Source: Polyangiales bacterium
GTDB taxonomy: Bacteria; Myxococcota_A; Polyangia; Polyangiales; Polyangiaceae
Length of the DNA stretch: 64,000 nucleotides
Assembly (NCBI GenBank): GCA_038230375.1
Contig: JBBRNJ010000023.1
Span: 42,452-106,451 of the forward strand
Direction: 5' to 3'
The position numbers were made by a program, and so were the translations under genes. The stretch's first letter is position 1. Every line of letters starts with the position of its first letter. The notes beneath the pieces were generated by a model, which was not told where the DNA came from, did no database searches, and saw only the letters and a list, made by a program, of their open reading frames with translations. Shown piece by piece: positions 1 through 9,204 of the stretch.

Positions 1-100
1 ATGAAGCCTCTGATCGTCGCGCAACGAAAACGCGAAGGCCACGGCTGCCAGTAGGGGCCGAGGGGCCACGGCAGCTCCTACTCACGTAGCGGCGTCAGGC

Positions 101-1105
101 TCACGCTTGTGTTCTCCTCCGCTCCACGCGGGCGACCCGGACATCGTAGCTCTTGTAGAGGCGGCTTCTGCCCAGGGCTTGCGCCTCTCGATGCTGGCCG
201 TGCGTGCGCCACGCGGCGATCGCGTCCATCGAGTCCCAGTAGGACACGGTGATCCCGAATCCATCCGCATTGCGCGCGCCACGAATGCCCAGGAATCCAG
301 GCTGCGAGTGTGCGAGATCGCTCATGCGCGCCGCCATGGCATCGTATTCGGTCCGCTCCTCCGGTCGAGCAAGCTGGCTCTCGAAGATCACCGCCCAGCA
401 CGCTGCTTCAGGCACCTGTTCGGCTGGCGTCACGCCGCTCGCGACCTCTGGGCCGGTGATGGGCGAGATCTGCGCGGGTCGGCCCACCGCCTCCGCCGCT
501 GCCTCGAGATACCAGCGATCCACGATGGGGTTCGCGCGCATCGTCTCGACGTACGCTCGTGTCTCCGCGCTCACGTCGTGCTGGTACGAGATGATGCGCG
601 TGACGACGGGCGCGAACATCGCGTCCGCGACGGAGAACTTCCCGCAGAGGTAGGGACCGCCGAAGCGTGCGCGCCCCTCGGTCACGATCGCATCGAAGCG
701 CGCGACGTCACACCGCGTGGCAGGGTCCACGTGCGGAAGGGGTGCTCTGCGTGCCAGGTTCATGGGGCAGTTCCGCCGCAGGTCAGCGAGCCCGGAGTGC
801 ATCTCCGCGCTCACCGCTCGCGCCCAGGCTCGCGCCGCCCGATCGTCTGGCCAGAGCCGCGCGTCCGGGAAGAGCTCCGCGATGTACTCGGCGATCGCGA
901 GCGAGTCCCACACGGTGACCTTGCCATCGCGAAGGAGCGGCACCTTGCCTGTCGGGCTCACGACGCGAAGGCCTTCGCGGAAGGTGGCATCTTGCGGCCA
1001 GTGCATCACCTCGCGGAAGGTGGCGCCGGCGCTCACCAGGAGCAGCCAGGGTCGCATCGACCAGGATGAGTAGTTCTTCTGGAACATGTGTAGCTCGAGA
1101 TCCAT
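101..1105 (-). CDS. Glutathione S-transferase fused to a C-terminal antibiotic biosynthesis monooxygenase (ABM)-like domain
   Basis: GST N-terminal motifs YSSWSMRPWL, SPTGKVP, WDSLAIAEY and C-terminal FSVADAMFAPV; final ~100 aa WAVIFES..YDAMAARM..QPGFLG..ITVSYWDS..AWR..H..AQ resembles ABM/HmoA-type proteins. Confidence 0.8.
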   Translation of the reverse strand: MDLELHMFQKNYSSWSMRPWLLLVSAGATFREVMHWPQDATFREGLRVVSPTGKVPLLRDGKVTVWDSLAIAEYIAELFPDARLWPDDRAARAWARAVSAEMHSGLADLRRNCPMNLARRAPLPHVDPATRCDVARFDAIVTEGRARFGGPYLCGKFSVADAMFAPVVTRIISYQHDVSAETRAYVETMRANPIVDRWYLEAAAEAVGRPAQISPITGPEVASGVTPAEQVPEAACWAVIFESQLARPEERTEYDAMAARMSDLAHSQPGFLGIRGARNADGFGITVSYWDSMDAIAAWRTHGQHREAQALGRSRLYKSYDVRVARVERRRTQA

Positions 1106-1140
1106 GCGCCGGAGCTTGCTGGATCAGGGGGCCGGCGTCC

Positions 1141-1156
1141 TCTGCAAAAATGCAGA
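1141..1156. promoter_or_regulatory. Palindrome TCTGCA-AAAA-TGCAGA, candidate LysR operator
   Basis: Perfect 6-bp inverted repeat in the short divergent gap between the GST-ABM and LysR genes. Confidence 0.55.
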
Positions 1157-1189
1157 CCCCCTCGTGAAACGCGCCGTACGATGGCCGCG

Positions 1190-2083
1190 ATGTTCGAGTG
1201 GTCCGATCTCAGGCACTTCCTGTCGATCCATCGCACTGGCAACCTGTCGGCTGCGTCGCGCGAGCTCGCGGTGAACCAGACCACGGTGGGGCGTCATCTG
1301 GGTCAGCTCGAGGAGGCCCTTGGCACCCGCCTGTTCGATCGCAACCCCGACGGGTTCGTGCTGACCGCCGCCGGGCAGGAGCTCTTGCCGATTGCGGAGC
1401 GTGTCGAGGCAGAGGCACTGGCACTGGAGCGACTCACGAAGGGCCGCGATCGCAAGACGGAGGGGCTGGTCCGCATCACGACCACGGAGGTCCTGGGAAG
1501 CCGATACCTGGCGCCACGCCTGCGCGCCTTCCACGAGCGATACCCAGGTGTGCGCGTGGACATCCAGACCGCCTTCCGCGCGCTGAACCTCACGCGACAC
1601 GAAGCGGACGTCGCGCTTCGCATCTTGCCCACCGCGCAGTCGTCGCTGCTGGTCCGGAAGGCGGGCGTGATCGCTTACGCGATCTATGCCGGCCGTGGCT
1701 ACGTGGAGCGTCGAGGGGCACCGCGCACCAGGGCGGAGCTCGCGCGGCATGTGCTGCTCGGATACGACGAGAGCATGGATGGCGCCGCCGAGGCGCAGTG
1801 GATGCAAGAGGCGCGGGGTACGCGTCCCTACGCGCTCTGCTCGAACAGCACCAACACGCTGCTGGCGGGCGTGCGCGCCGACATGGGCGTCGCGCTACTG
1901 CCGTGTTTCGCGGCCGACCGTCAGGAGGGCGTCGTTCGCGTGCTGGACGGAGGAACGGTGCTCACGCGCGATCTCTGGCTCGTGGCTCACAAGGATCTGG
2001 CGCGGGTCCCGCGCGTGCGCGCCTTGATGAAGTACCTGGCGGATGCGATCCGCGAGGACACGGCAATGCTGATGGGCCGGTGA
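1190..2083 (+). CDS. LysR family transcriptional regulator
   Basis: N-terminal HTH WSDLRHFL..GNLSAASRELAVNQTTVGR..LEEALGTRLFDR; substrate-binding domain; ATG 1190 preferred over 1181 (TACGAT lies 7 nt upstream). Confidence 0.93.
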   Translation: MFEWSDLRHFLSIHRTGNLSAASRELAVNQTTVGRHLGQLEEALGTRLFDRNPDGFVLTAAGQELLPIAERVEAEALALERLTKGRDRKTEGLVRITTTEVLGSRYLAPRLRAFHERYPGVRVDIQTAFRALNLTRHEADVALRILPTAQSSLLVRKAGVIAYAIYAGRGYVERRGAPRTRAELARHVLLGYDESMDGAAEAQWMQEARGTRPYALCSNSTNTLLAGVRADMGVALLPCFAADRQEGVVRVLDGGTVLTRDLWLVAHKDLARVPRVRALMKYLADAIREDTAMLMGR

Positions 2084-2107
2084 GAGGACGTCGTGTAGCC
2101 TCCGGTC

Positions 2108-2968
2108 ATGCGGACCTTGGTCGTTGCTTTCGGCGCGGTGTGCGTCCTCGTTTCGGCGCCCGCATGGGCGGACGCGCTTCCGCCCCCGATGCGGTGTCCG
2201 CCGGGCAAGGTCGCGATCACGAGTCACGGTGGCAGCAGCTGCATTGATGCGAGGCCGTCGTGCCCGTCGACGAAGGTCGCGCTACGCAACGGGCCCGGCT
2301 GGGGCTGCGCGGATCCGGCGCCGAAGAACTGCGCGAACGGCTGGCACGGAGTGACGTCGCTGCAGGGCGGCCCCGAGTGCGTGCTCGCGGAGTGCGGAGA
2401 CCACACGTCGTGCAACACGGGCGAGAGCTGTGTGGATCATCCACTCTGCGTCGAGGAGCAGGATCGCCTCATGTACGGCGATGACCAAGATCGTTCGGTG
2501 AGAAGCCCGCTCGTCGCAGGTCCCCCGCACGTGGTGCGGGTGAAGGTCACGACTGGCATCTGCCCCGCGCCAGGGGAGGCGACACCGGCGGATTTTGCGT
2601 GCAAGACGTGTGAGGCGCGGAAACTGTGCGTGCGCCCAGGGGTCGCCGTGGCCTTCGCGCCGACGGGGAAGGGGACAACGGCGGGGACAACGACTTCGAC
2701 GTCGACAACGACTTCGACAACGACCCCGACTTCGACAACGACCCCGACGTCGACAACGACCTCGACCTCGACCCCGACCTCGACCCCGACCTCGACCCCG
2801 ACCTCGACCTCGACCCCGACCTCGACCCAGCCTGCGCCTGTGCAGCCTGCGCCCGCGGGTCGCGGTAGCTGTGACGTCGCTGGTGGTGCTGCGAGCCCGC
2901 TGCTCTCGTTGCTCTTCGCGGCAACGTTTGCGTCGCTCTACGGTCTTCGGAGGCGTAAGGCACGATGA
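2108..2968 (+). CDS. Cys-rich secreted protein with Thr/Ser/Pro linker and MYXO-CTERM-like sorting tail
   Basis: Signal peptide ending AWA-D; many Cys; TSTP repeats; tail GRGSCDV-hydrophobic-RRRKAR. Confidence 0.75.
   Translation: MRTLVVAFGAVCVLVSAPAWADALPPPMRCPPGKVAITSHGGSSCIDARPSCPSTKVALRNGPGWGCADPAPKNCANGWHGVTSLQGGPECVLAECGDHTSCNTGESCVDHPLCVEEQDRLMYGDDQDRSVRSPLVAGPPHVVRVKVTTGICPAPGEATPADFACKTCEARKLCVRPGVAVAFAPTGKGTTAGTTTSTSTTTSTTTPTSTTTPTSTTTSTSTPTSTPTSTPTSTSTPTSTQPAPVQPAPAGRGSCDVAGGAASPLLSLLFAATFASLYGLRRRKAR
2687..2827 (+). repeat. Hexamer tandem repeat (CGACCT/CGACCC/CGACAA/CGACTT) encoding a Thr-Ser-Pro linker
   Basis: Directly visible tandem array. Confidence 0.9.
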
Positions 2969-3417
2969 CGCTGCTCGGTCCCGCGATTGCGCTGCTGTTT
3001 GCTGCGCTCACACGTGCCCCATGCCCTCACGGCGTCTCCGATCCCGTGCGCGCGACGCTGGTCCGCTCCCTCGTTGTGGGTACACCTGACGGCACACGAC
3101 TGGCGAGGCTCGCATCGCCGCCACCGATCTGCTTCGCGGATGGCGAAGGCGGACTGCTCGAAGGGACGGCGATCCTCCCACAAGGGTCGTCTGCAGCAGT
3201 GCAGGCTGCGCGCCTTGCGCACGTCTGGCAGCACGCCATCGACGGCGGCCCCCACGCGACGCCAGCGCCAGGACAAACGTGCGAAGCGTGGCTCGCCGAC
3301 ACCACACGGCTGGAAGCAAGAGCGGATTCCGTTGAAGCGAGCGTGGCCGCCGCGCTCAGGGTCTCGCCGATCGACCACGCGTCGCGCAACACGGCGTACA
3401 AGGCACGATGTCGGTGA
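2965..3417 (+). CDS. Hypothetical exported protein with a degenerate HxxxH metal-binding motif
   Basis: ATGA overlap with upstream stop; hydrophobic N-terminus; LAHVWQH and downstream LEARA. Confidence 0.55.
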   Translation: MTLLGPAIALLFAALTRAPCPHGVSDPVRATLVRSLVVGTPDGTRLARLASPPPICFADGEGGLLEGTAILPQGSSAAVQAARLAHVWQHAIDGGPHATPAPGQTCEAWLADTTRLEARADSVEASVAAALRVSPIDHASRNTAYKARCR

Positions 3418-3432
3418 GGTCGCGGTTGACGC

Positions 3433-4365
3433 CTACCCTCGCACCGTCACGGTGCCCTTCATCATCTCCACCGTCATGGGCAGTCCGCCGACCGCTTCTC
3501 CGTCCAGATCGAGCAGGAAATGCGGCTTTGCGGCGCGCTCGTTGTCCAGTGTCAGCGTGATCTTGTCGCCTCGCAGGTGCATCGCGCCCGGCTGCTTCAG
3601 GTGGTCGCCTTTGTAGATCGCAGACGACGTGAGCGCGAAGGCGACCTTGTTCGTGGGACCCAGCGAGATGATCTCGAAGATGCCGTCGCCCGGATCCGCC
3701 ATGGGCGCCACGTGCATTCCAGAGCCGAAATACTGGCCGTTGCAGATGGCGAGCATGAAGGTGCGGATGCGGTGCGTCTCCGTCTTGCCCTCGTGCGTGA
3801 CCTCCGCGCGCACGTGCCCGAGCTCCGCGCGAAGCAGCGCCTTCAGTGATGCGCCGAAGTACGCGGCGGCTCCGCCCAGCGCGCGCGACGCGGTCGCCAC
3901 GTACCGATCCACGAGCCCGCCCATGCCCGCCGAGACGATGTTCACGAAGTAGCGCGTGCCTTCCTTGCCGTTGTCGTCGAAGGTGACCTTGCCGACGTCG
4001 AGCTTGCGTGTCCGCTCGCCGGTGAGCGCGGTGAGGTACGCGTCCAGGCGATGTTCGAGACCGAGCGTGCGGCGGAAGTCACCGCCGGTGCCCTGACCAA
4101 TGATGCCGACCTCTGCATTCGTGCCGGACTCGAGTACGCCGCTCACGATCTCGCTGAACGTCCCGTCGCCGCCGACCGCGACCACCAGCGTGGCCCCTTT
4201 TTTCGCGCCCTCGCGCGCGAGCTCGATGCCGTGGCCCGCGCGCTCGGTGAAGACGACCTCGTGCTCGCCGAGCTTCGCCTCGATCACCTTGGCGAGCTCG
4301 GGCCAGGCGCGCCCGGTCTTGCCGCCTCCCGACTTCGGATTCACGATGAGCACGGTCTTGCCCAC
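3433..4365 (-). CDS. Diacylglycerol/lipid kinase family protein (YegS/DagK-like)
   Basis: IVNPKSGGG, VGGDGT, GTGGDF, NGQYFGSGM, DLDGE; GTG start 2 nt after the upstream stop. Confidence 0.9.
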   Translation of the reverse strand: MGKTVLIVNPKSGGGKTGRAWPELAKVIEAKLGEHEVVFTERAGHGIELAREGAKKGATLVVAVGGDGTFSEIVSGVLESGTNAEVGIIGQGTGGDFRRTLGLEHRLDAYLTALTGERTRKLDVGKVTFDDNGKEGTRYFVNIVSAGMGGLVDRYVATASRALGGAAAYFGASLKALLRAELGHVRAEVTHEGKTETHRIRTFMLAICNGQYFGSGMHVAPMADPGDGIFEIISLGPTNKVAFALTSSAIYKGDHLKQPGAMHLRGDKITLTLDNERAAKPHFLLDLDGEAVGGLPMTVEMMKGTVTVRG

Positions 4366-4367
4366 GA

Positions 4368-5387
4368 TCAGACGCTCGCTTCGTTCTCTGTGAACGTCTC
4401 GGGCCACACGATGCCCCGCGCGCGGAGGTCCTCGACCGTGTCGTACAAGGTCTCGAGCGGATCGCGCGAGGTCCAGCCGAGCTCCGTCTCTGCCTTCGTC
4501 GCGTCCAGATACCAGTAGAACTGCGCCATGTCGAAGCTCACCGCGTCGATCGGCATGGCCATGCCGATGCGCGACATGATCTTCTCCGCGACCTCGACAC
4601 CCACACGCGCGATGACCGGCGCACGCGGCACGGTTAACTTCGGCGCGGGGATCCCCGACACGCGCGAGAGGCGGCCGAAGAACTCCGACAGCGTCAGGTT
4701 GCATGAGCCGATGAGGTACTTCTCGCCCGGCTTGCCCTTCAGCATCGCAAGGCGCATCGCCTCTGCCGCGTCGCGCACGTCCACGTAGGACAGACCGCCC
4801 GCGGGTGTGGCCGGGATCTTCTTCTCGAGGAAGAGGCGCACGTCTTCCGTGGACGAGCCATTCACGTCGCCCGGGCCGAGGAGCAGCGTCGGGTTCACCG
4901 AGATGACCTCGAAGTCCGGCGCGTTCATGTCGAGCGCGGCGCTCTCGGCGAAGTACTTGGAGCGGTAGTACGGCCAGCGCGCGATCGTCGCGAGCGGCGG
5001 CGTGAACGACTCGGTCGCGATGAAATCCGGATTGTCGCTGACGGCGATGGTGCCGCTGGTGCTCGCGACGACGACGCGCTTGATGCCCGCCTTCTTCGCG
5101 GCCCCGAGCGTGGTCTTGGTGCCCTCGACGTGGAGCTTGTAGAGCATCTCCGCGTCCTCGGTGCGACGCGAGACGCGACCGGCGCAGTGATAGAGCGCAT
5201 CGCAGCCGCGCGCGGCGGCCTCCACGCTGGGGCCGTCCAGGATGTCGCCCTCGGCCTGTCGCACACGTGAGTCCACGTCGTGCGTCTTCTTGCGCACGAG
5301 CGCAACTACCTCGTCGCCTTGATTCGCGAGGAGGTTCAGGAGATGACGCCCCAAGAAGCCGGTTCCGCCTGTGACGAGCACGCGCAT
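4368..5387 (-). CDS. NAD-dependent epimerase/dehydratase (extended SDR)
   Basis: MRVLVTGGTGFLG Rossmann motif; YYRSK (YxxxK); VDVRD. Confidence 0.9.
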   Translation of the reverse strand: MRVLVTGGTGFLGRHLLNLLANQGDEVVALVRKKTHDVDSRVRQAEGDILDGPSVEAAARGCDALYHCAGRVSRRTEDAEMLYKLHVEGTKTTLGAAKKAGIKRVVVASTSGTIAVSDNPDFIATESFTPPLATIARWPYYRSKYFAESAALDMNAPDFEVISVNPTLLLGPGDVNGSSTEDVRLFLEKKIPATPAGGLSYVDVRDAAEAMRLAMLKGKPGEKYLIGSCNLTLSEFFGRLSRVSGIPAPKLTVPRAPVIARVGVEVAEKIMSRIGMAMPIDAVSFDMAQFYWYLDATKAETELGWTSRDPLETLYDTVEDLRARGIVWPETFTENEASV

Positions 5388-5584
5388 GAGGACCGCGTTC
5401 CTACCAGATTCACGCGGCGCGGGGGAGCCGCCCTTCGATCTGTGGACGGCCGTTCCCACGTGGCTGTGATCCGACGTCGACCGGGAGAAGAGCCTGTCCG
5501 CCGCGAACGGAATGACGCGCCGAAATCCACGGGAAATTCAGTCGATTTCGTCGCACCTCCGGAGTCGATGGCCCTGGCCTGCCG

Positions 5585-5600
5585 TGGCCTGCCTCTTGCT
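5585..5600 (+). promoter_or_regulatory. Sigma54-type promoter TGGCCTGCCTCTTGCT
   Basis: GG-N10-GC with TTGC at -12; ATG 12 nt after the GC. Confidence 0.65.
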
Positions 5601-5611
5601 CGACATCGAGC

Positions 5612-6220
5612 ATGCTTTCGCCTCGCTTTGCTTTCTTCGCTGCGTTCTCCTTGCTTGCGCTCTCTGCACCCGCTGTTTGTGAAGCGGCAGAGGCGCCGAT
5701 CGCGCGCGCGCCTTCCAAGCCCACGGACCCGCTGTGGGCGCGGCCTCTCGCGTTCGACGTGCATGGTGGTGTCGGTACGCCGCTCGGGTTCGGCGGCATG
5801 TCGATCGACCTCGCGCCGGTTCGGTGGTTCGTGCTCTCCGGCGGCCTCGGCTTCGGAAAAGCCGGCATTCAAGAGGCCGCGATGGCGCGCTTCCGTGCGC
5901 CCATCGGCCACTTCGCGTTCGCGCTGGGCGGCGGCATGTCGACCGGCGCGTACGAGGCCTCCGACACAAACCCCTTTGGCGACGGCGACAACTGGCACTG
6001 GAAGCGCGCCTTCTGGGGCAATGGAGAGGCGTCGATTGAATTCCGCGACCACACGGGCGTCGAACTCCGTGCGTACGCAGGTTGGGCCCACCTGGCCAAC
6101 CCCGTCGCCGACGGTTGCCAGACGGGGAGCGGCAGGACCTGCTCCAACGCTGCCGGCGGGTTGCTCGTCACGTCCTTCCCCTATGCAGGATTCGCCGCTG
6201 GATACGCCTTCGACCTTTGA
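5612..6220 (+). CDS. Hypothetical exported protein, small beta-barrel-like
   Basis: Signal peptide; Gly/aromatic amphipathic strands; ends GYAFDL. Confidence 0.6.
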   Translation: MLSPRFAFFAAFSLLALSAPAVCEAAEAPIARAPSKPTDPLWARPLAFDVHGGVGTPLGFGGMSIDLAPVRWFVLSGGLGFGKAGIQEAAMARFRAPIGHFAFALGGGMSTGAYEASDTNPFGDGDNWHWKRAFWGNGEASIEFRDHTGVELRAYAGWAHLANPVADGCQTGSGRTCSNAAGGLLVTSFPYAGFAAGYAFDL

Positions 6221-6310
6221 CGGCCTTCGTGACACCCCACGAGGTGTGAGGATCCGCCTTCGCACCGCTTGCTTCTGCGACCGTTTGGTTGCAAATACGC
6301 CGGGAAGCCC

Positions 6311-6871
6311 ATGAGACTCGTTCGCGGCACCCTCCTCTCGCTCGCGCTGGCATGTGTTGCCACGCTCTCGCCGGCCACGGCAGAGGCGGAAGAGATCCGG
6401 TTCGCGCAGAACGACGTGCCCACCGTCTTCTTCATCAACAAGAGCGATGACCACAACCGCGTGGACTACGGGATGCACCTGAACGCTGACTGCTTGCCCA
6501 CCACGGAAGGCGCGGTCTTCCCGTACTGGCGCGAGTTCGAGAACTCACCGCCAGTCCGCACGCACGGCCTGAACACGCTCGAGCGCATCGCGTACGGCAT
6601 CTCCGAGCAACACATCATCCGCAACGAAGGCAAACGGGACGAGTACACGATCCGCCTGAAGCAGCTACCGCGCCCCGTCACGATCGTCACGGAGAAGAGC
6701 GCAGACGGAAAGTGCTCCGCGTTCGCGAAGGTCTCCATCAACGGCGCAGAATCGAAGCTCTCGAACGTGTACGTGAAGCTCGGTGGGTTCCTGAACTCCG
6801 TCGACTACATCGAGATCCACGGAAAGAATCTCACGACGAACGCCGCGGTGATGGAGCGAGTGAAAAAGTAA
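6311..6871 (+). CDS. DUF4833-like secreted protein
   Basis: Signal peptide; FFINKSDDHNRVDY, PYW, LERIAYG, VDYIEIHGKN pattern. Confidence 0.65.
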   Translation: MRLVRGTLLSLALACVATLSPATAEAEEIRFAQNDVPTVFFINKSDDHNRVDYGMHLNADCLPTTEGAVFPYWREFENSPPVRTHGLNTLERIAYGISEQHIIRNEGKRDEYTIRLKQLPRPVTIVTEKSADGKCSAFAKVSINGAESKLSNVYVKLGGFLNSVDYIEIHGKNLTTNAAVMERVKK

Positions 6872-6923
6872 CTACTCCGGAGTTCGTCTGGGAAACATCT
6901 GCCGCCGGCGGGTCTCGCCCATG

Positions 6924-8429
6924 TCACTCGAGTGTCTCCTTCAGCAGATGCTTCGCGATCCGCTCCGTTGCGGTCTTCGGTAGCGACTCACGCACGTGGA
7001 TTCGCGCCGGCACCTTGAAGTCCGCGAGCCGCTCGCGCGCGAAGGCTCGCAGCTCCTCGCCGTCGAGCACGGCGCCTGGCTGCGGCACCACGAACGCGAC
7101 GATGTCCTCTTCGCCGAGCTCCGCGGGCACGCCCACCGCGGCTGCTTCGCGCACGCCTTCGTGCGATGCGAGCACGCCTTCGATCTCGGCGGCCGCGACG
7201 TTCTCACCGCGCCTGCGGATCACTTCCTTCTTGCGCGCGACGAACGTGTAGAAGCCGTCCGCGTCGCGACGCACCAGATCTCCCGTGCGGAACCATCCGT
7301 CGGCCGAGAGCACCTCGCGGGTTCGCGCTTCGTCACCGAAGTAGCCGCGCATCATGGCAGGATTCTTGAGCCACATCTCGCCCGGTTCACCGTCCGCTGC
7401 GTCGCTTCCGTCGTCCGTCACCACGCGAGCGTGGTTCACCGCGCCCAGGCGCGGGTGCTGGCGCAGCGTGCCCATGGTGCCGTGGCGCGGTGGCACGCCG
7501 AGCGGCCAGATCGTTCCGAACGTGTTCTCCGACAGACCATAGCCCACCGTCATCTTCACGCCGAAGCGCTCCTCGAACGTGCGGTGCTGCGCTTCTGGTA
7601 GAGCGAGAGCCGTGTAGACTACACGCATCGCGTGATCGCGATCCGTTGCCTTCGCCTCCGTCTTGAGCAGGATGTTCACCACGGCGCCCACGGCGTTCAC
7701 CTCCGTCGCGCCGAGCCGCTTCGCGTCTTGCCAGAACCGCGACGCGGAGAACTTCGGAAGGAGAGCGAGCCCCGCGCCACACCCCAGCGCCCCCATCGTG
7801 GAGTACGCCTGCGCGTTCACGTGGAAGAACGGCAGCACCGCGAGCAGACGATCGTCCGCGTTGAGCCCCACCCACGCCGGGAACGCCTCCGCGGTCAGCG
7901 TGAACGTCCGGTGCGTGAGCATCACGGCCTTGGGCGAGCCCGTGGTGCCGGATGTGGCCAGGAGGACGGCGACGTCGTCCGCGGTGACCTTTGCCCGCGG
8001 CGCTTGTCCGCGTGCCTGCGCGAGATCCTCGGGCGAGACCAGCACGGGTCTGTCGTTCTCCGCGAGCGCGAGGCACGCAACGTCGCAGAGCGAGCGATGC
8101 TCGTCCGCGACGAGGACGCGCGGCTTCGTGAGCCGAAGCACACCCGCAAGCTCCGGCGCCTTGTATGCCGGGTTGAGCGGCATGGCGATCGCGCCCAGCT
8201 GGTTCGCGGCGAGCCACGCGAAGAGCGTCTCCGGTCTGTTTCCCAGGACCATCGCCACGACATCACCATGGCCGACGCCGCGCTCCGCAAGCGCAATGGC
8301 GATGCGATCGACCGCCGCGGTGACGTCGGGCAGCGTGTACGAATCACGCTCGAAAAAAAGCCACGGGCGCGCCCCCGCAAGGGAAGCGCGCCACGTGAGC
8401 AGCTCGGGGATCGTCTCCGGAAACTCCAA
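6924..8429 (-). CDS. ATP-dependent acyl-CoA ligase (CaiC-like, AMP-binding family)
   Basis: TSGTTGSPK, GYGLSE, FRTGD, RKKEVIRRRGENV, PKTATERIAK. Confidence 0.9.
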   Translation of the reverse strand: MEFPETIPELLTWRASLAGARPWLFFERDSYTLPDVTAAVDRIAIALAERGVGHGDVVAMVLGNRPETLFAWLAANQLGAIAMPLNPAYKAPELAGVLRLTKPRVLVADEHRSLCDVACLALAENDRPVLVSPEDLAQARGQAPRAKVTADDVAVLLATSGTTGSPKAVMLTHRTFTLTAEAFPAWVGLNADDRLLAVLPFFHVNAQAYSTMGALGCGAGLALLPKFSASRFWQDAKRLGATEVNAVGAVVNILLKTEAKATDRDHAMRVVYTALALPEAQHRTFEERFGVKMTVGYGLSENTFGTIWPLGVPPRHGTMGTLRQHPRLGAVNHARVVTDDGSDAADGEPGEMWLKNPAMMRGYFGDEARTREVLSADGWFRTGDLVRRDADGFYTFVARKKEVIRRRGENVAAAEIEGVLASHEGVREAAAVGVPAELGEEDIVAFVVPQPGAVLDGEELRAFARERLADFKVPARIHVRESLPKTATERIAKHLLKETLE

Positions 8430-8447
8430 GAGCAGTCCCCTCCGTGA

Positions 8448-9125
8448 TCAGGAGTGAGCGGTGACGAACGGCTTGCCCTTGAGCGACGCGGCGAAGCCAT
8501 TGTGGACCTCGTTCACGCTGTTCCAGCTCGGGAGCGCGCGCATCGAGCCCATCCAGCGCGCCACGTTCGGGAAGCGCGAGAGGTCCTGGCCGATCAGGTC
8601 GCCGGCGGCGACGATGATCGCCCCGAAGTAGTCCGCGATCGTGATCTCGTCTCCGCAGAGGTACTTGTCCTTGCCGATGATGTCCTTGTCCAGGATGGCG
8701 AGCCACTTCTCGACGTTCTTCTTCCCCCACTCGATGGTGCCCGAGTGCGCGGCGTCCGACGGGCGCTTGTGGCTCGGGAACGCCTGCGGGTAGATGAGGT
8801 TGTAGGCCCAGTCGCGGTAGAACTGTGTGTTGATCCAGTCCATGCGCTCGTTGACGCGCGCGCGCTTCTTCAGGTCCTTCGGGTATGCGGGAGAGTCGGT
8901 CTTGTCCGCCAGGTACTTCATGATCGCGGACGACTCCGAGAGGATGAAGTCGCCGTCCTCGAGCACGGGGATCATGCCGCTCGGGTTCAGCTTGGTGAAG
9001 GGATCCTTCGTGTGCTCACCGACCATGATGTCGACGACGACGGGGTCGAACTTGATGCCGGCCTCCGCGCAGAAGAGGAGCACGGGACGCGAGGCAGTAG
9101 AGACCGGATGAAAATGCAGCTTCAT
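8448..9125 (-). CDS. Glutathione S-transferase family protein
   Basis: STASRPV, LNPSGMIPVLED, ESSAIMKYL, ITIAD; GAGGG ahead of ATG 9125. Confidence 0.9.
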   Translation of the reverse strand: MKLHFHPVSTASRPVLLFCAEAGIKFDPVVVDIMVGEHTKDPFTKLNPSGMIPVLEDGDFILSESSAIMKYLADKTDSPAYPKDLKKRARVNERMDWINTQFYRDWAYNLIYPQAFPSHKRPSDAAHSGTIEWGKKNVEKWLAILDKDIIGKDKYLCGDEITIADYFGAIIVAAGDLIGQDLSRFPNVARWMGSMRALPSWNSVNEVHNGFAASLKGKPFVTAHS

Positions 9126-9204
9126 GGTAACCCTCATTGGTGAGAGATCGATTCGGGGGGCCGAACGGTAAAGCGGGCCCTACCGGATCACAATGGAGAG
9201 CGGC

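Noticed and set aside
1..100. Short ORF at the window start (MKPLIVAQ...)
   Set aside because: Too short and truncated by the window edge to assign.
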